Below, piece after piece: positions 9,113 to 17,803 of a stretch of DNA of 32,000 bases (its first letter is position 1; each line of letters begins with the position of its first letter). The position numbers and the translations under genes are program-made. This DNA comes from Allobaculum fili (GTDB lineage: Bacteria > Bacillota_I > Bacilli_A > Erysipelotrichales > Erysipelotrichaceae): positions 3,084 through 35,083 of the forward strand of contig NZ_JAHDSX010000024.1 of the NCBI RefSeq assembly GCF_020969955.1, read 5' to 3'. Below the pieces are notes generated by a model. It was given only the letters and a program-made list of their open reading frames with translations. It was not told where the DNA came from and did no database searches.

Positions 9113-11740
9113 TTAGAGCGATTTGGCCATCGCGGTAAAGGAATCGAAGGCTTCGCCGATCTTGGAGGCATCGCTGCCGCCGGCCTGAGCGAGGTCTTTT
9201 TTGCCGCCGCCTTTGCCGCCTGTAAGTACTGCGGCTTCACGAACGACGGTTCCTGCATTGACGCCTTTGACGATTGCATCGCTTCCTGCAGCAGCAACCA
9301 GCGTCAGCTTATCGCCGTTCTGCGCGATGAGCAGAATGGCTGCTTTCGGGTCGTTTCCTTTAATGCTGGAGGCAATTTCCTTCAGAGCCTTGCAGTCCAT
9401 GTTGTCGACTTTCTTGCAGAGAACATGAAGGCCGTTGATGTCCTTGGATTCCATTGCCCATTCCTTGCACTTGAAGGAAGCAATCTGGTTTTCGAGTTCC
9501 GCAATTTTCTTCTGCAGATCTTTCATCTGATCGAAAGCGGAATCGATCTTCGCATCCAGATTTTTAATGCCTTTCGCCTTAGCGGTGTGCGCAATGTGCT
9601 CAAGCATTTTCTGCTGCGCTGCGAAATCGTTATACGCCGCCTTGCGGGTCTTGGCGGTAATACGACGGGTATCGGAACCGATGGATTCCTCGCCGACGAT
9701 CTTGAGCACACCGATTTCACTCGTGTTGTCAACATGGCAGCCGGCACAGAATTCCTTGGAGACGTCGCCCATCGTTACAACACGAACCTGATCGCCGTAC
9801 TTTTCATCGAACAGCGCGGTCGCACCGGTTTTCTTTGCGTCTTCAATATCGAGGATTTCCCAGGATACAGGAATGGAGTCGGTAATCATGTCGTTGACTC
9901 TGGATTCAATTTCCGCGAGTTTTTCTTCGCCGATCTTATCGCGCATGTTGAAGTCAAAACGCAGATAGTCCGGTCCGACAAAGCTTCCGGCCTGATGAAT
10001 CTGATCGCCCAGTACGGATTTCAGTGCGCTCTGCAGCAGGTGCGTTGCCGAGTGGTTGGCCGTTACGTTTTCGCGGCGGACCGCATCCACGCTCTGCCAT
10101 ACGGTATCGCCGACATGCAGGATGCCTTCATCGAGTTCGATTTTGAGCAGGTGCTGCTTGTTGCGGGTTTTAACGCCATCCACTACGCGGGCTTTTACGG
10201 TATCGGAGCTGATCGTTCCGGTATCGGCAACCTGACCGCCGGACTGTACATAAAACGGCGTAACATCCAGGATCACCTGACCGTCGCCGTCGAGTTCATC
10301 GACAAGATGACCGTCCTTGAAGAGAGCGATGACTTTGCCTTCTTCGGCAAGAACGTTGTAGCCGTTGAATTTGCACGCGCCGGTGAAGTTCATCAGATCT
10401 TCGTTCTGGCTGGCGAAGGAATCTTCGACATTGCGGGCAGCACGTGCTCTTTCCTTCTGCTGCTTCATCTGTTCGTCGAATTCTGCGCGATCCGCTTTCA
10501 GACCGTTTTCTTCGGCGATTTCCTGGGTCATTTCAAACGGGAAACCGTATGTGTCGTAAAGCTTGAAGGTAATTTCACCGCTCAGCTTGCCGTCTTTGGC
10601 TTTGGCCATTTCATCATCGAGCAGCGCCTGACCGTTTTTCAGAGTTTTCTTGAAGATTTCTTCTTCCTGACGGATGACTTTTTCGTTTTCGTCAATTTTA
10701 TCCGTCAGATACGGATAGAAGTCTTTCATGTTTTCGCTGACGGTCGGAACGAGCTTGTAAAGGAACGGTTCATCCAGACCGAGCTTCAGACCGAAGCGAA
10801 CGGCACGACGGAGTACGCGGCGCAGAACGTAGCCGCGGCCGGAGTTGGAGAAGCCGGCACCGTCGGACAGCGCGAAGACGAGCGTACGGATATGGTCGGC
10901 AATAACGCGGAAGGCCATTTTGTTTTCGCCTTCGTATTTTTTGCCGGAAAGTTTTTCAGTTTCGTGAATGATCGGCAGGAACAGATCGGTATCGAAGTTG
11001 GTTTCGCCGTCCTGAACGAGCGCAACCAGACGTTCGAGACCCATGCCGGTATCGATGTTTTTCTGCGGCAGTTCCTTATAGTCCTTGCGGTCGATCGAAG
11101 GATCGCAATCGTACTGGCTGAATACGATGTTCCATACTTCGATGTAGCGATCGTTTTCCATTTCTTCAAAGAAGAGCTTTTCGCCAAGGTGCTGCGGATC
11201 GTACTTTTCGCCGCGGTCAAAATGGATTTCGGTGTCTGGTCCGCCCGGACCTTTGCCGATCTCCCAGAAGTTTTCCTGGGTACGCAAAATGTGCCTGGGA
11301 TCTACGCCGCATACTTCGGTCCAGATCCGGTACGCTTCGTCATCATCCGTATAGACGGTGATGTAGAGCTTATCCTTGTCGATGCCCATCCATTCATCAC
11401 TGGTCAGAAATTCCCACGCAAACGGAATGGCTTCCGGCTTGAAGTAATCGCCGATGGAGAAGTTTCCAAGCATTTCGAAGAACGTATGGTGACGGGCGGT
11501 TTTGCCGACGTTTTCAATATCGTTGGTACGAATGGATTTCTGCGCGTTGGCAATCCGGTTTTTCTTTGGCTTTTCCGATCCGTCAAAGTATTTCTTCAGT
11601 GCGGCGACACCGGCATTGATCCAGAGAAGCGTCGGGTCGTTATGCGGAATAAGGCTTGCACCGGGTTCGATCATATGGCCCTTGGATTCAAAGTAATCCA
11701 GAAACATCTGACGAACCTGATTTCCGGTAAGTTGTTTCAT
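9113..11740 (-). CDS. alaS: Alanine--tRNA ligase
   Basis: 875 aa: MKQLTGNQVRQMFLDYFESKGH..., HHTFFEMLGNFSIGDYFK, editing domain HSATHLL and C-terminal DHHA1-like GGGKKDLAQAGG. AAAGGAG upstream. Confidence 0.98.
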   Translation of the reverse strand: MKQLTGNQVRQMFLDYFESKGHMIEPGASLIPHNDPTLLWINAGVAALKKYFDGSEKPKKNRIANAQKSIRTNDIENVGKTARHHTFFEMLGNFSIGDYFKPEAIPFAWEFLTSDEWMGIDKDKLYITVYTDDDEAYRIWTEVCGVDPRHILRTQENFWEIGKGPGGPDTEIHFDRGEKYDPQHLGEKLFFEEMENDRYIEVWNIVFSQYDCDPSIDRKDYKELPQKNIDTGMGLERLVALVQDGETNFDTDLFLPIIHETEKLSGKKYEGENKMAFRVIADHIRTLVFALSDGAGFSNSGRGYVLRRVLRRAVRFGLKLGLDEPFLYKLVPTVSENMKDFYPYLTDKIDENEKVIRQEEEIFKKTLKNGQALLDDEMAKAKDGKLSGEITFKLYDTYGFPFEMTQEIAEENGLKADRAEFDEQMKQQKERARAARNVEDSFASQNEDLMNFTGACKFNGYNVLAEEGKVIALFKDGHLVDELDGDGQVILDVTPFYVQSGGQVADTGTISSDTVKARVVDGVKTRNKQHLLKIELDEGILHVGDTVWQSVDAVRRENVTANHSATHLLQSALKSVLGDQIHQAGSFVGPDYLRFDFNMRDKIGEEKLAEIESRVNDMITDSIPVSWEILDIEDAKKTGATALFDEKYGDQVRVVTMGDVSKEFCAGCHVDNTSEIGVLKIVGEESIGSDTRRITAKTRKAAYNDFAAQQKMLEHIAHTAKAKGIKNLDAKIDSAFDQMKDLQKKIAELENQIASFKCKEWAMESKDINGLHVLCKKVDNMDCKALKEIASSIKGNDPKAAILLIAQNGDKLTLVAAAGSDAIVKGVNAGTVVREAAVLTGGKGGGKKDLAQAGGSDASKIGEAFDSFTAMAKSL

Positions 11741-12028
11741 ATGACTCCTTTCAGCAGTTTCCTGCTTATAATTCCCATTTCAAACTCGAATCTGAAGCGG
11801 CTATCAGAGCGTATGGACAGACAAAATAAAAAACGCCCCTGTTTCCAGGAACGTGTACACGCGATGCCATCCCGGTTTGCCCATGGTTTTCCCATGGACA
11901 CCCTTAATTTTCTGATAACGCCAGACTGCGGCAGCTCAAGGATGGCTCGAGACAGATGCGCTGTCTTCTTTCACCGCCGAAGACTCTCTGCAAGCCGCAA
12001 CTCTGTCCTTTTTCCCTTCAATGCTGCT
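11741..12028 (-). promoter_or_regulatory. About 290-nt alaS 5' leader with an internal intrinsic terminator; T-box-like Stem I motifs but a degenerate T-box sequence
   Basis: Minus strand contains CAGAGAGUCUUCGGCGGUGAAAGAAGAC (AGAGA bulge-like plus GGUGNNA distal-loop-like, + coords 11961-11990). It also has AAAUUAAGGGUGUCC (11897-11910), which resembles AAUUAGGGUGG. A terminator lies at 11823-11853. No canonical UGGN bulge or antiterminator could be drawn by eye. Confidence 0.35.
11823..11853 (-). terminator. Intrinsic terminator (attenuator) inside the alaS leader
   Basis: Minus strand CGUUCCUG-GAAA-CAGGGGCG (8 bp) followed by UUUUUUAUUUU, about 80 nt upstream of the alaS start codon. Confidence 0.7.
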
Positions 12029-12034
12029 TTTAGA

Positions 12035-12063
12035 AGTATAAACTCTCAAAAAGCTGTGCGCAA
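12035..12063 (-). promoter_or_regulatory. Candidate sigma-A promoter for the alaS leader (TTGCGC - 17 nt - TATACT)
   Basis: Minus strand -35 TTGCGC (12063-12058), 17-nt spacer, -10 TATACT (12040-12035). Located just after the recD2 terminator. Confidence 0.45.
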
Positions 12064-12150
12064 ACAAATCCCATAAGAACACGTGCGGCCTTCCCATTCG
12101 ATTCCCGATCGCCCATCCAAAACGTACACAAACTTCGGGCTACGCTCTGG

Positions 12151-12184
12151 AAACAAAAAGGACGCCTTATGTCGCAGGCATCCT
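12151..12184 (-). terminator. Rho-independent terminator after recD2 (overlaps its stop codon)
   Basis: Minus strand AGGAUGCC-10 nt-GGCGUCCU followed by UUUUGUUU. Confidence 0.7.
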
Positions 12185-14774
12185 ATTTTGTTTCTTCAGA
12201 AGACTGGGATCGGAATTCGTCGTGCAGATCACCGGAATCCGATTCGTTTTCGCCGGCTGCATCGGACGCGTCCGGCTGAATACTTAAAGCTCTCTGATCC
12301 ATATCGGCCGAATCTCCCGGATCCAGCGCTTCGTCCAGATCGAGATCTTCGATGGCGGATAAATCTACAATTTCCTTATCGATCGCCGATGAATCGGCAT
12401 GGGTTTCATTTAAAGCGGATAAAACGGTCGATTCGTTTGAGCGTACCGGTTCTGCCTCAGCAGCCTGTGCAATCTGGGCATGATAGGCCGGCGAGGTCAG
12501 CGATGTGCCCGGCAGCGGCATATTCGTTCGGCTGACTGCTTTTTGTGCCTTCTCGCCTTGCTTTAGGCGTTTTTCGGCTACGCGTTTTGCGCAGAGGATT
12601 TTCCAGCGCAGACGTTCCTTGAGCGTGGTCTGCCGCGAAGCAGGATCGATACGTCTGGCGCAGATTTCAAAAACTTCCCGGACCGAAACAATCTTAAGAT
12701 CCCGCTTGGCCCGGGAAACAGCGGTATAGACCAGACGTTTTGCGCTCATCTTCATCGCCTGTTCCGGAAGGGAAAATACAACGTCCTGATATTCCGAACC
12801 CTGCGCCTTATGGACCGAAACGCACCAGGCGTGGGAAATCATTGCGTTGAACGGGCTGGTCACTTCGTATTCGATGTTGTCAAAATGCACGAGAGCCGTA
12901 CGGGTTTTCGGGACGATTTCCACGATTTCTCCAATATCGCCGTTGTAAATGCCTTCCTGAGCGATATTCACTTTTAACATGACTTTATCGCCTTCCCGGT
13001 AATGCACTTCGTGATAGCCGCCCTGGTTATGTCTTACTTTTTCTACGATTTCCGGCTTTGAAGTCGAAAAGGGGTTGAGCAGTTCCTGCATAATCGCATT
13101 CAGCTCAAATACGCCGCCTTCCCCTTCGTATTTCGGAGAAAGAATCTGCACCTTGCCGGGATTTGGCTTTTCCATGACGATCTGCGCGATCTGCTCCGAC
13201 ATTTTTTTCTCAGGCGCGCAAAGTTCGACGCCATCCGAAAATTCGAAGGGCTGCCCCTTGCGAATTTCATCCGACAGTTTTGCGATGCCGCTGCCTTTTT
13301 TCTGACGGTAAAGCTGGTCGAGATGAATCGTGGGAAACTCTTTTGAAGCGATCAGATCGCTGAGCACCTTGCCTTCCCCAACGCTTTCGAGCTGTTCTTC
13401 ATCGCCGATGATCAGAAGACGGGTATTTGCGGGCATCGCTTTGAGCAGTGCAGAAAAGAGACGCGTATCGACCATGGAAAATTCATCCACGATCATAAAA
13501 TCGCTCGAATACAGATTGTATTCGTTTTTTTCGAAGACATCCGCATCGGGATCCCAGCCAAGCAGCGAATGAACGGTACGTCCCGTGGAGCCCGTCAGTT
13601 CGCTTAAGCGCTTGGCAGCCCGTCCAGTCGGCGCACAGAGCTGATAGCGGCAGCCGGGCATTACGGTATCCAGACATTCGAGAATGGCTTTGACGATCGT
13701 TGTTTTACCGGTTCCGGGACCGCCGGTCAAAATGGAAACCGGACTGGAAAAGCACGTCTCAATCGCTTCGATCTGCTTTTCGCTGTACGTAATGCGATCG
13801 CGCCGTTCAATCTGCGCGATCTTTTCGATCAGAGACTGCCGGTCATATCCAGGATTGGATGAACCCGGATGTTCCTGCATCTGAAGCATCCGTTCAGCCA
13901 GAAGATCGCAGATCGAATTTTCCGCTTCCCAGAGAAACCGCGGAAATACGCGGTCTTTTTCCAGCTTGATCATTTCACAGTTGGACAGGGTAATCAGACT
14001 TTCTTCAAAATGGTCCATCCGCTCGCAGAGCTCATACAGAAACGGACGGACAATGAATGTACTGCCGCTCTGGAAACAGGCGTTTTTCAGTTCGTAGTAA
14101 ATTCTCGCTTCTGCGCGCTGGTGATCCGTGGCGGAAAGCTTCAGTCCGTTGGCAATGCGCGTACAGGCGCCATACGTTACGCCCATCCCGCCGTAAAACG
14201 GGGCGAAGCAGCTTTTCTGTAAATCTTCCAGAGAGTAATTGCGGGCGAGAATCGCACGCGTTTCGGACAGGCTGACGCCCCAGTGCATCAGGGTCAGAGC
14301 GAGTTCTTCTTTTCCCTGCAGATTCGCAATGCCTTCGCTGACGCGTACCGCCAGATTTGGGCGCAGATCGCATTTGGTGATCAGGACTTCCGGATTTTCT
14401 CGAATTTTCTCAAGCGCGCTTTCCCCGAGCGCGTCGACGATTTTTTCGGCGCTGCGCTGGCCGACATACGGGAAAAAATCGGAACTGAGAAAGCGGACCA
14501 GCGTCTCTTCCTTGCTGGTTTCCTGCGCCTGCCAGCTTGAAACTTCAAACTGAAGTCCATAGCGGGGATCCTGAATCCAGTGTCCGAAAAGCGTCACCGC
14601 GTCTCCGACGAGCAGAGAATTCAGACCGCCGCCCTTGAACACCAGATCTCTTTTTTCTTCATACTGCAGACGGCCGATCTTAAAGCTTCCCCGCTCAAAA
14701 ATGAAAGTGCGGACGGTTCCGCTTATCGATTCGGTTTCCGGCTGTTCCAGCTCCAGCGTTTCGTACTCGCTCAT
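12183..14774 (-). CDS. recD2: ATP-dependent RecD-like DNA helicase (RecD2/YrrC type) with an acidic C-terminal extension
   Basis: SILTGGPGTGKTT (Walker A), FMIVDEFSMVD (Walker B), SHAWCVSVHKAQGSEY and VYTAVSRAK motifs. Position between mnmA and alaS matches B. subtilis yrrC. ATG 14774 (MSEYETLEL) has GGGAGAAG upstream. ATG 14798 is an alternative start. Confidence 0.9.
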   Translation of the reverse strand: MSEYETLELEQPETESISGTVRTFIFERGSFKIGRLQYEEKRDLVFKGGGLNSLLVGDAVTLFGHWIQDPRYGLQFEVSSWQAQETSKEETLVRFLSSDFFPYVGQRSAEKIVDALGESALEKIRENPEVLITKCDLRPNLAVRVSEGIANLQGKEELALTLMHWGVSLSETRAILARNYSLEDLQKSCFAPFYGGMGVTYGACTRIANGLKLSATDHQRAEARIYYELKNACFQSGSTFIVRPFLYELCERMDHFEESLITLSNCEMIKLEKDRVFPRFLWEAENSICDLLAERMLQMQEHPGSSNPGYDRQSLIEKIAQIERRDRITYSEKQIEAIETCFSSPVSILTGGPGTGKTTIVKAILECLDTVMPGCRYQLCAPTGRAAKRLSELTGSTGRTVHSLLGWDPDADVFEKNEYNLYSSDFMIVDEFSMVDTRLFSALLKAMPANTRLLIIGDEEQLESVGEGKVLSDLIASKEFPTIHLDQLYRQKKGSGIAKLSDEIRKGQPFEFSDGVELCAPEKKMSEQIAQIVMEKPNPGKVQILSPKYEGEGGVFELNAIMQELLNPFSTSKPEIVEKVRHNQGGYHEVHYREGDKVMLKVNIAQEGIYNGDIGEIVEIVPKTRTALVHFDNIEYEVTSPFNAMISHAWCVSVHKAQGSEYQDVVFSLPEQAMKMSAKRLVYTAVSRAKRDLKIVSVREVFEICARRIDPASRQTTLKERLRWKILCAKRVAEKRLKQGEKAQKAVSRTNMPLPGTSLTSPAYHAQIAQAAEAEPVRSNESTVLSALNETHADSSAIDKEIVDLSAIEDLDLDEALDPGDSADMDQRALSIQPDASDAAGENESDSGDLHDEFRSQSSEETK

Positions 14775-14831
14775 AACTTCTCCCGTCTTTCTGGCCATTC
14801 CATTTCGAAATTGGAAATCGATCCGGCTTGC

Positions 14832-16115
14832 TTATTTCGTGTCTTCGGTTTGAGAAGACGCGCTGTTCTGCTCTTTGGCAGCTTTACGTCGGGCCTTTCT
14901 GGCCTTTTCCCGCTCTTTTGCTTCTTTTTTCTTTAATGCTTCCGCCTGACGAACGGCCTCTTCTTTCATTGCGGCTTCGGCTCGGGTCTCGATCGTTTCA
15001 AAGACATCGCGATCTTCAAAGAAAACTTGTTCAATGACACCGCCGCCCAGGCATTTATCGGCCATGTAAAATACGGCTTCCTGACCAGGCGTAACGGCTT
15101 CGACACCCTGCGGATAGGAAACGATCGCCTGATTGCCATGAACCTCGAGGGTTACCGGAATGTCCTTCTGGCGATAGCGGAATTTCACCGTGCACTGTTT
15201 CGGGAATTCAAATCCGTCGGGAACGAGCCAGTTGATCCTTTCAATACGGGCACGATCCGAAACGAGCCAGTGCATCTGGTCGGTACGGGCTACGAAAAGA
15301 AGGTTTCGTTCGACGTCCTTTGCTGCGACAAACCAGGGGCCGACAAAGCCGGTAATGTTTAAGCCTTTTCGCTGACCGATCGTGTAATACAGCACCCCCT
15401 GATGGGTACCCAGTTCCCGACCGGTATCGATATCGATGATCTTTCCTTCTTTCGCCGGCAGATAGTTGCTTAAAAACTCCCGGAAGTTGCGTTCGCCGAT
15501 AAAGCAGATGCCGGTGGAATCCTTCTTTTTGGAAACCGAATCCAGAAGAAGCTGACCGGCCAGCCTGCGCACTTCCGGCTTAGTCAGCGTACCTAATGGA
15601 AAGAGCGTTCTGGAGAGCGGCTCTTTGGCGATCTGCGCCAGAAAATACGTCTGGTCCTTATTCTGATCGGCGGCACGGCCAAGCCAGGCAAATCCGTCTT
15701 CGTCAATGCGCGAGCAGTAATGACCGGTCGCGATAGCATCGAATCCGTTTTCCATGGCGTATTTATAAAAGGAGTCAAACTTGATGTACTGATTGCACAA
15801 AATATCCGGATTCGGCGTCCGGCCTTTTTTGTATTCTTCCAGGAACGTCGTAAACACGTTGTCCCAGTACTCCCGTACGAAATCGACACGAAGCAAGGGC
15901 AGCTGCAGATGCTTTGCAACGGCCTGGGCATCGTGATAGTCCTGCTCCTGCGGGCAGACGGAATTGTACAGATCCGGATTTCCCGCAATGTCATGGTTGA
16001 GAAACGAATCCCAGTTGCGCATGAAGCAGCAGGTCACTTCATGGCCCTGCTCCTTCAGTAAATAGGCGGCAATGGCACTGTCCACGCCCCCGCTCAGTCC
16101 GACGAGTACTTTCAT
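14832..16115 (-). CDS. mnmA: tRNA 2-thiouridine(34) synthase MnmA with a lysine/glutamate-rich C-terminal extension
   Basis: MKVLVGLSGGVDSAIAAYLL (PP-loop SGGxDS), ...KDQTYFL..., ...GICFIGERNFREFL. AAAGGAG upstream. 427 aa, against roughly 360-375 aa for typical MnmA as I recall. Confidence 0.95.
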   Translation of the reverse strand: MKVLVGLSGGVDSAIAAYLLKEQGHEVTCCFMRNWDSFLNHDIAGNPDLYNSVCPQEQDYHDAQAVAKHLQLPLLRVDFVREYWDNVFTTFLEEYKKGRTPNPDILCNQYIKFDSFYKYAMENGFDAIATGHYCSRIDEDGFAWLGRAADQNKDQTYFLAQIAKEPLSRTLFPLGTLTKPEVRRLAGQLLLDSVSKKKDSTGICFIGERNFREFLSNYLPAKEGKIIDIDTGRELGTHQGVLYYTIGQRKGLNITGFVGPWFVAAKDVERNLLFVARTDQMHWLVSDRARIERINWLVPDGFEFPKQCTVKFRYRQKDIPVTLEVHGNQAIVSYPQGVEAVTPGQEAVFYMADKCLGGGVIEQVFFEDRDVFETIETRAEAAMKEEAVRQAEALKKKEAKEREKARKARRKAAKEQNSASSQTEDTK

Positions 16116-16457
16116 ACTTGAACTCCTTTCCTGTTCTGTTTCGATATTCCTTCAAGGATAAACTGCCAGAGAAAAAACGGCTGCCGGATCCCGTCTGTTC
16201 TGAAACCGTGCAGACTTTCCTCTTTTTCGTCCTTTTCTTTTGGCGCCTGAGGACGCGAAAACCTGCACCGTTAAGATTGTGCAGGGAAATTTGCAGTTCT
16301 TTATATTTTGGACTTCCGAGGGCAGTCTGTCAAAACTGCCTCTTTTTCACAAGACGGGCAGTCCAGACGGCCGGCAAGGCCAGTATGAGAAAGCAGCAGC
16401 CGACTCCAGGCCGGTCTTATTAGGGGTATACGCAGATCCGCAGCCGAGCCTTTCTCT

Positions 16458-16494
16458 ATTTTCAGTCTGGTTTCGATATTTTCTGTCTGGTTTC
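16458..16494. repeat. Tandem direct repeat, 2 x 17 nt with 20-nt period (ATTTTCNGTCTGGTTTC) plus a degenerate third unit
   Basis: attttcagtctggtttc at 16458-16474 and attttctgtctggtttc at 16478-16494 (16/17 identical). ctgtctttgctgtc follows at about 16502-16515. Confidence 0.8.
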
Positions 16495-16520
16495 TGGCGA
16501 TCTGTCTTTGCTGTCCCATG

Positions 16521-16550
16521 GAAAAAGGCTGCCCTTTTACAGACAGCCTT
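16521..16550 (-). terminator. Rho-independent terminator after the XRE-family gene
   Basis: Minus strand AAGGCUG-12 nt-CAGCCUU followed by UUUUC, 47 nt after the stop at 16597. Confidence 0.6.
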
Positions 16551-16596
16551 AAATAGTGGTTTTGGGATACGGTGCAGCAGCTGAAAAGCGAAGCCT

Positions 16597-16920
16597 TCAG
16601 TCCATCTCTTCAACCGGTTCTTCAGGCAGACAGAGAACCGGGCCTTCCCCGTTTTGTAATGCTGCGTCCTCAATAGGAATGAAAGAAATCCGCAGTTCCA
16701 TCCCCAGGCCGTCGGCCAGCCGCTTGAGCAGCTTCAGGGAAGGGTTGCGATGTCCCCGCTCGAGCTTGGAGATATCGCCCTGGTCAATACCGGTGCGGCG
16801 GGCTAGCTCGCTCTGCGTGATCTGCAGTCTTTCCCGGGTATCCAGAATGGCATGAACGATTGCGTATTCAGGACTGCCTTCTTCGAGGTCAATCGGTGTT
16901 TCCCGCTTTGAAATAACCAT
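16597..16920 (-). CDS. XRE-family helix-turn-helix protein (HigA-like antitoxin/regulator type)
   Basis: ...SPEYAIVHAILDTRERLQITQSELARRTGIDQGDISKLERGHRNPSLKLLKRLADGLGMELRISFIP is a classic HTH_3 fold with an antitoxin-like tail. The start is uncertain. ATG 16920 gives the usual length of about 107 aa. In-frame ATGs at 16968 and 17070 also exist but have poor SDs. Confidence 0.8.
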   Translation of the reverse strand: MVISKRETPIDLEEGSPEYAIVHAILDTRERLQITQSELARRTGIDQGDISKLERGHRNPSLKLLKRLADGLGMELRISFIPIEDAALQNGEGPVLCLPEEPVEEMD

Positions 16921-17457
16921 AATCAGATCGGCTTCTCCAAAAGGTCCGTCATGAACCGGACCTGTCATTTTCTTCACGTGCCGGCGAAAGCAGCAGCCGG
17001 ACAAAAACCGTACGAAAGAAAACAGCCCCTGCTGGATTTCAAAATCCAGGCTGCCTGCTTCATGATGCATTTCAGGAGCTTTGCACTCAGAATTCCGGTT
17101 TGCGAAGAAGCTTTTCCTTTCTGAACTCGCCGGATCGATTCACGTTCTTAAAGCCCATGGAACGTCTTTGAACAATCTTAATCCGGCCGGGGTGGGAATA
17201 ATGAGGCGGAAAGTACCCATTCAGCATTTTTTCTGTCGATAAATTAAGATTTTTGTATACCTTTATCATCTTTACAGGGTAATAGAATTGCACGAAATTG
17301 TGCTGAACGTGTCTTTAAATTTAGTTTGTATCTTTATGAGACAATTTACAATATTTTTTTATTCGTCTTCCACAATTTTATTCAAATCGGATCCGGATTA
17401 TGTTGAAATCCGATTCAAATGGGTTCGAATCGTTTTGTGATGATAGACTCATCCATT

Positions 17458-17471
17458 TGAATGCGCATTCA
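17458..17471. promoter_or_regulatory. Perfect 14-bp palindrome TGAATGCGCATTCA in the AT-rich spacer (candidate operator)
   Basis: Read directly at 17458-17471. It lies about 340 bp upstream of the siroheme synthase start, and also upstream of the divergent XRE gene. Confidence 0.4.
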
Positions 17472-17803
17472 TTTTGAAGTGTTCCTGTACATTATGCCCC
17501 CTTCCCGGAATTTCCTCTACTTATAAAGAAAAGAGGGTTGCTTTTGTTAAGAACAAGTAAGGGAAAAAGCGCTGTGAAAGAATTCCTTTCATTTTCATTA
17601 ACGATTCCTTATTGCTTTCTAATATAAAAGTGCTAAATTCCAGCTCCGGTCATTTTTTAAAAATCCGTTTTGTCCGTCTTTTTCCCTGCCCGAATTTCCT
17701 TTCCCGTTTCCTTCTGGAGAAATCCTGTTCGTATTTAAGTACCTTTTCTCGATCTTTGCGTACGATAGTCTTGCCTTATGTTTCATTTAAGGCGTGCAGA
17801 AAG

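Noticed and set aside
9425-12076. 883-aa plus-strand ORF, the longest in the track
   Set aside because: It lies exactly antisense to alaS, which has unmistakable AlaRS motifs. Its translation is low-complexity (F/V/G/R-rich) with no recognisable motif and no SD. It is a mirror ORF caused by codon bias.
17087-17293. 68-aa minus-strand ORF upstream of the XRE gene as a possible toxin
   Set aside because: It starts with GTG and has no SD. It runs into the AT-rich spacer, and its sequence has no RelE/HigB/HicA-like motifs that I can recognise. It is kept only as part of the low-interest decayed-toxin hypothesis.
17612-17803. 64-codon N-terminal extension of the siroheme synthase ORF
   Set aside because: It begins at a TTG in AT-rich DNA and its translation (MLSNIKVLNSSSGHFLKIRF...) is not protein-like. 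The conserved SirC N-terminus starts at ATG 17804 or 17819.
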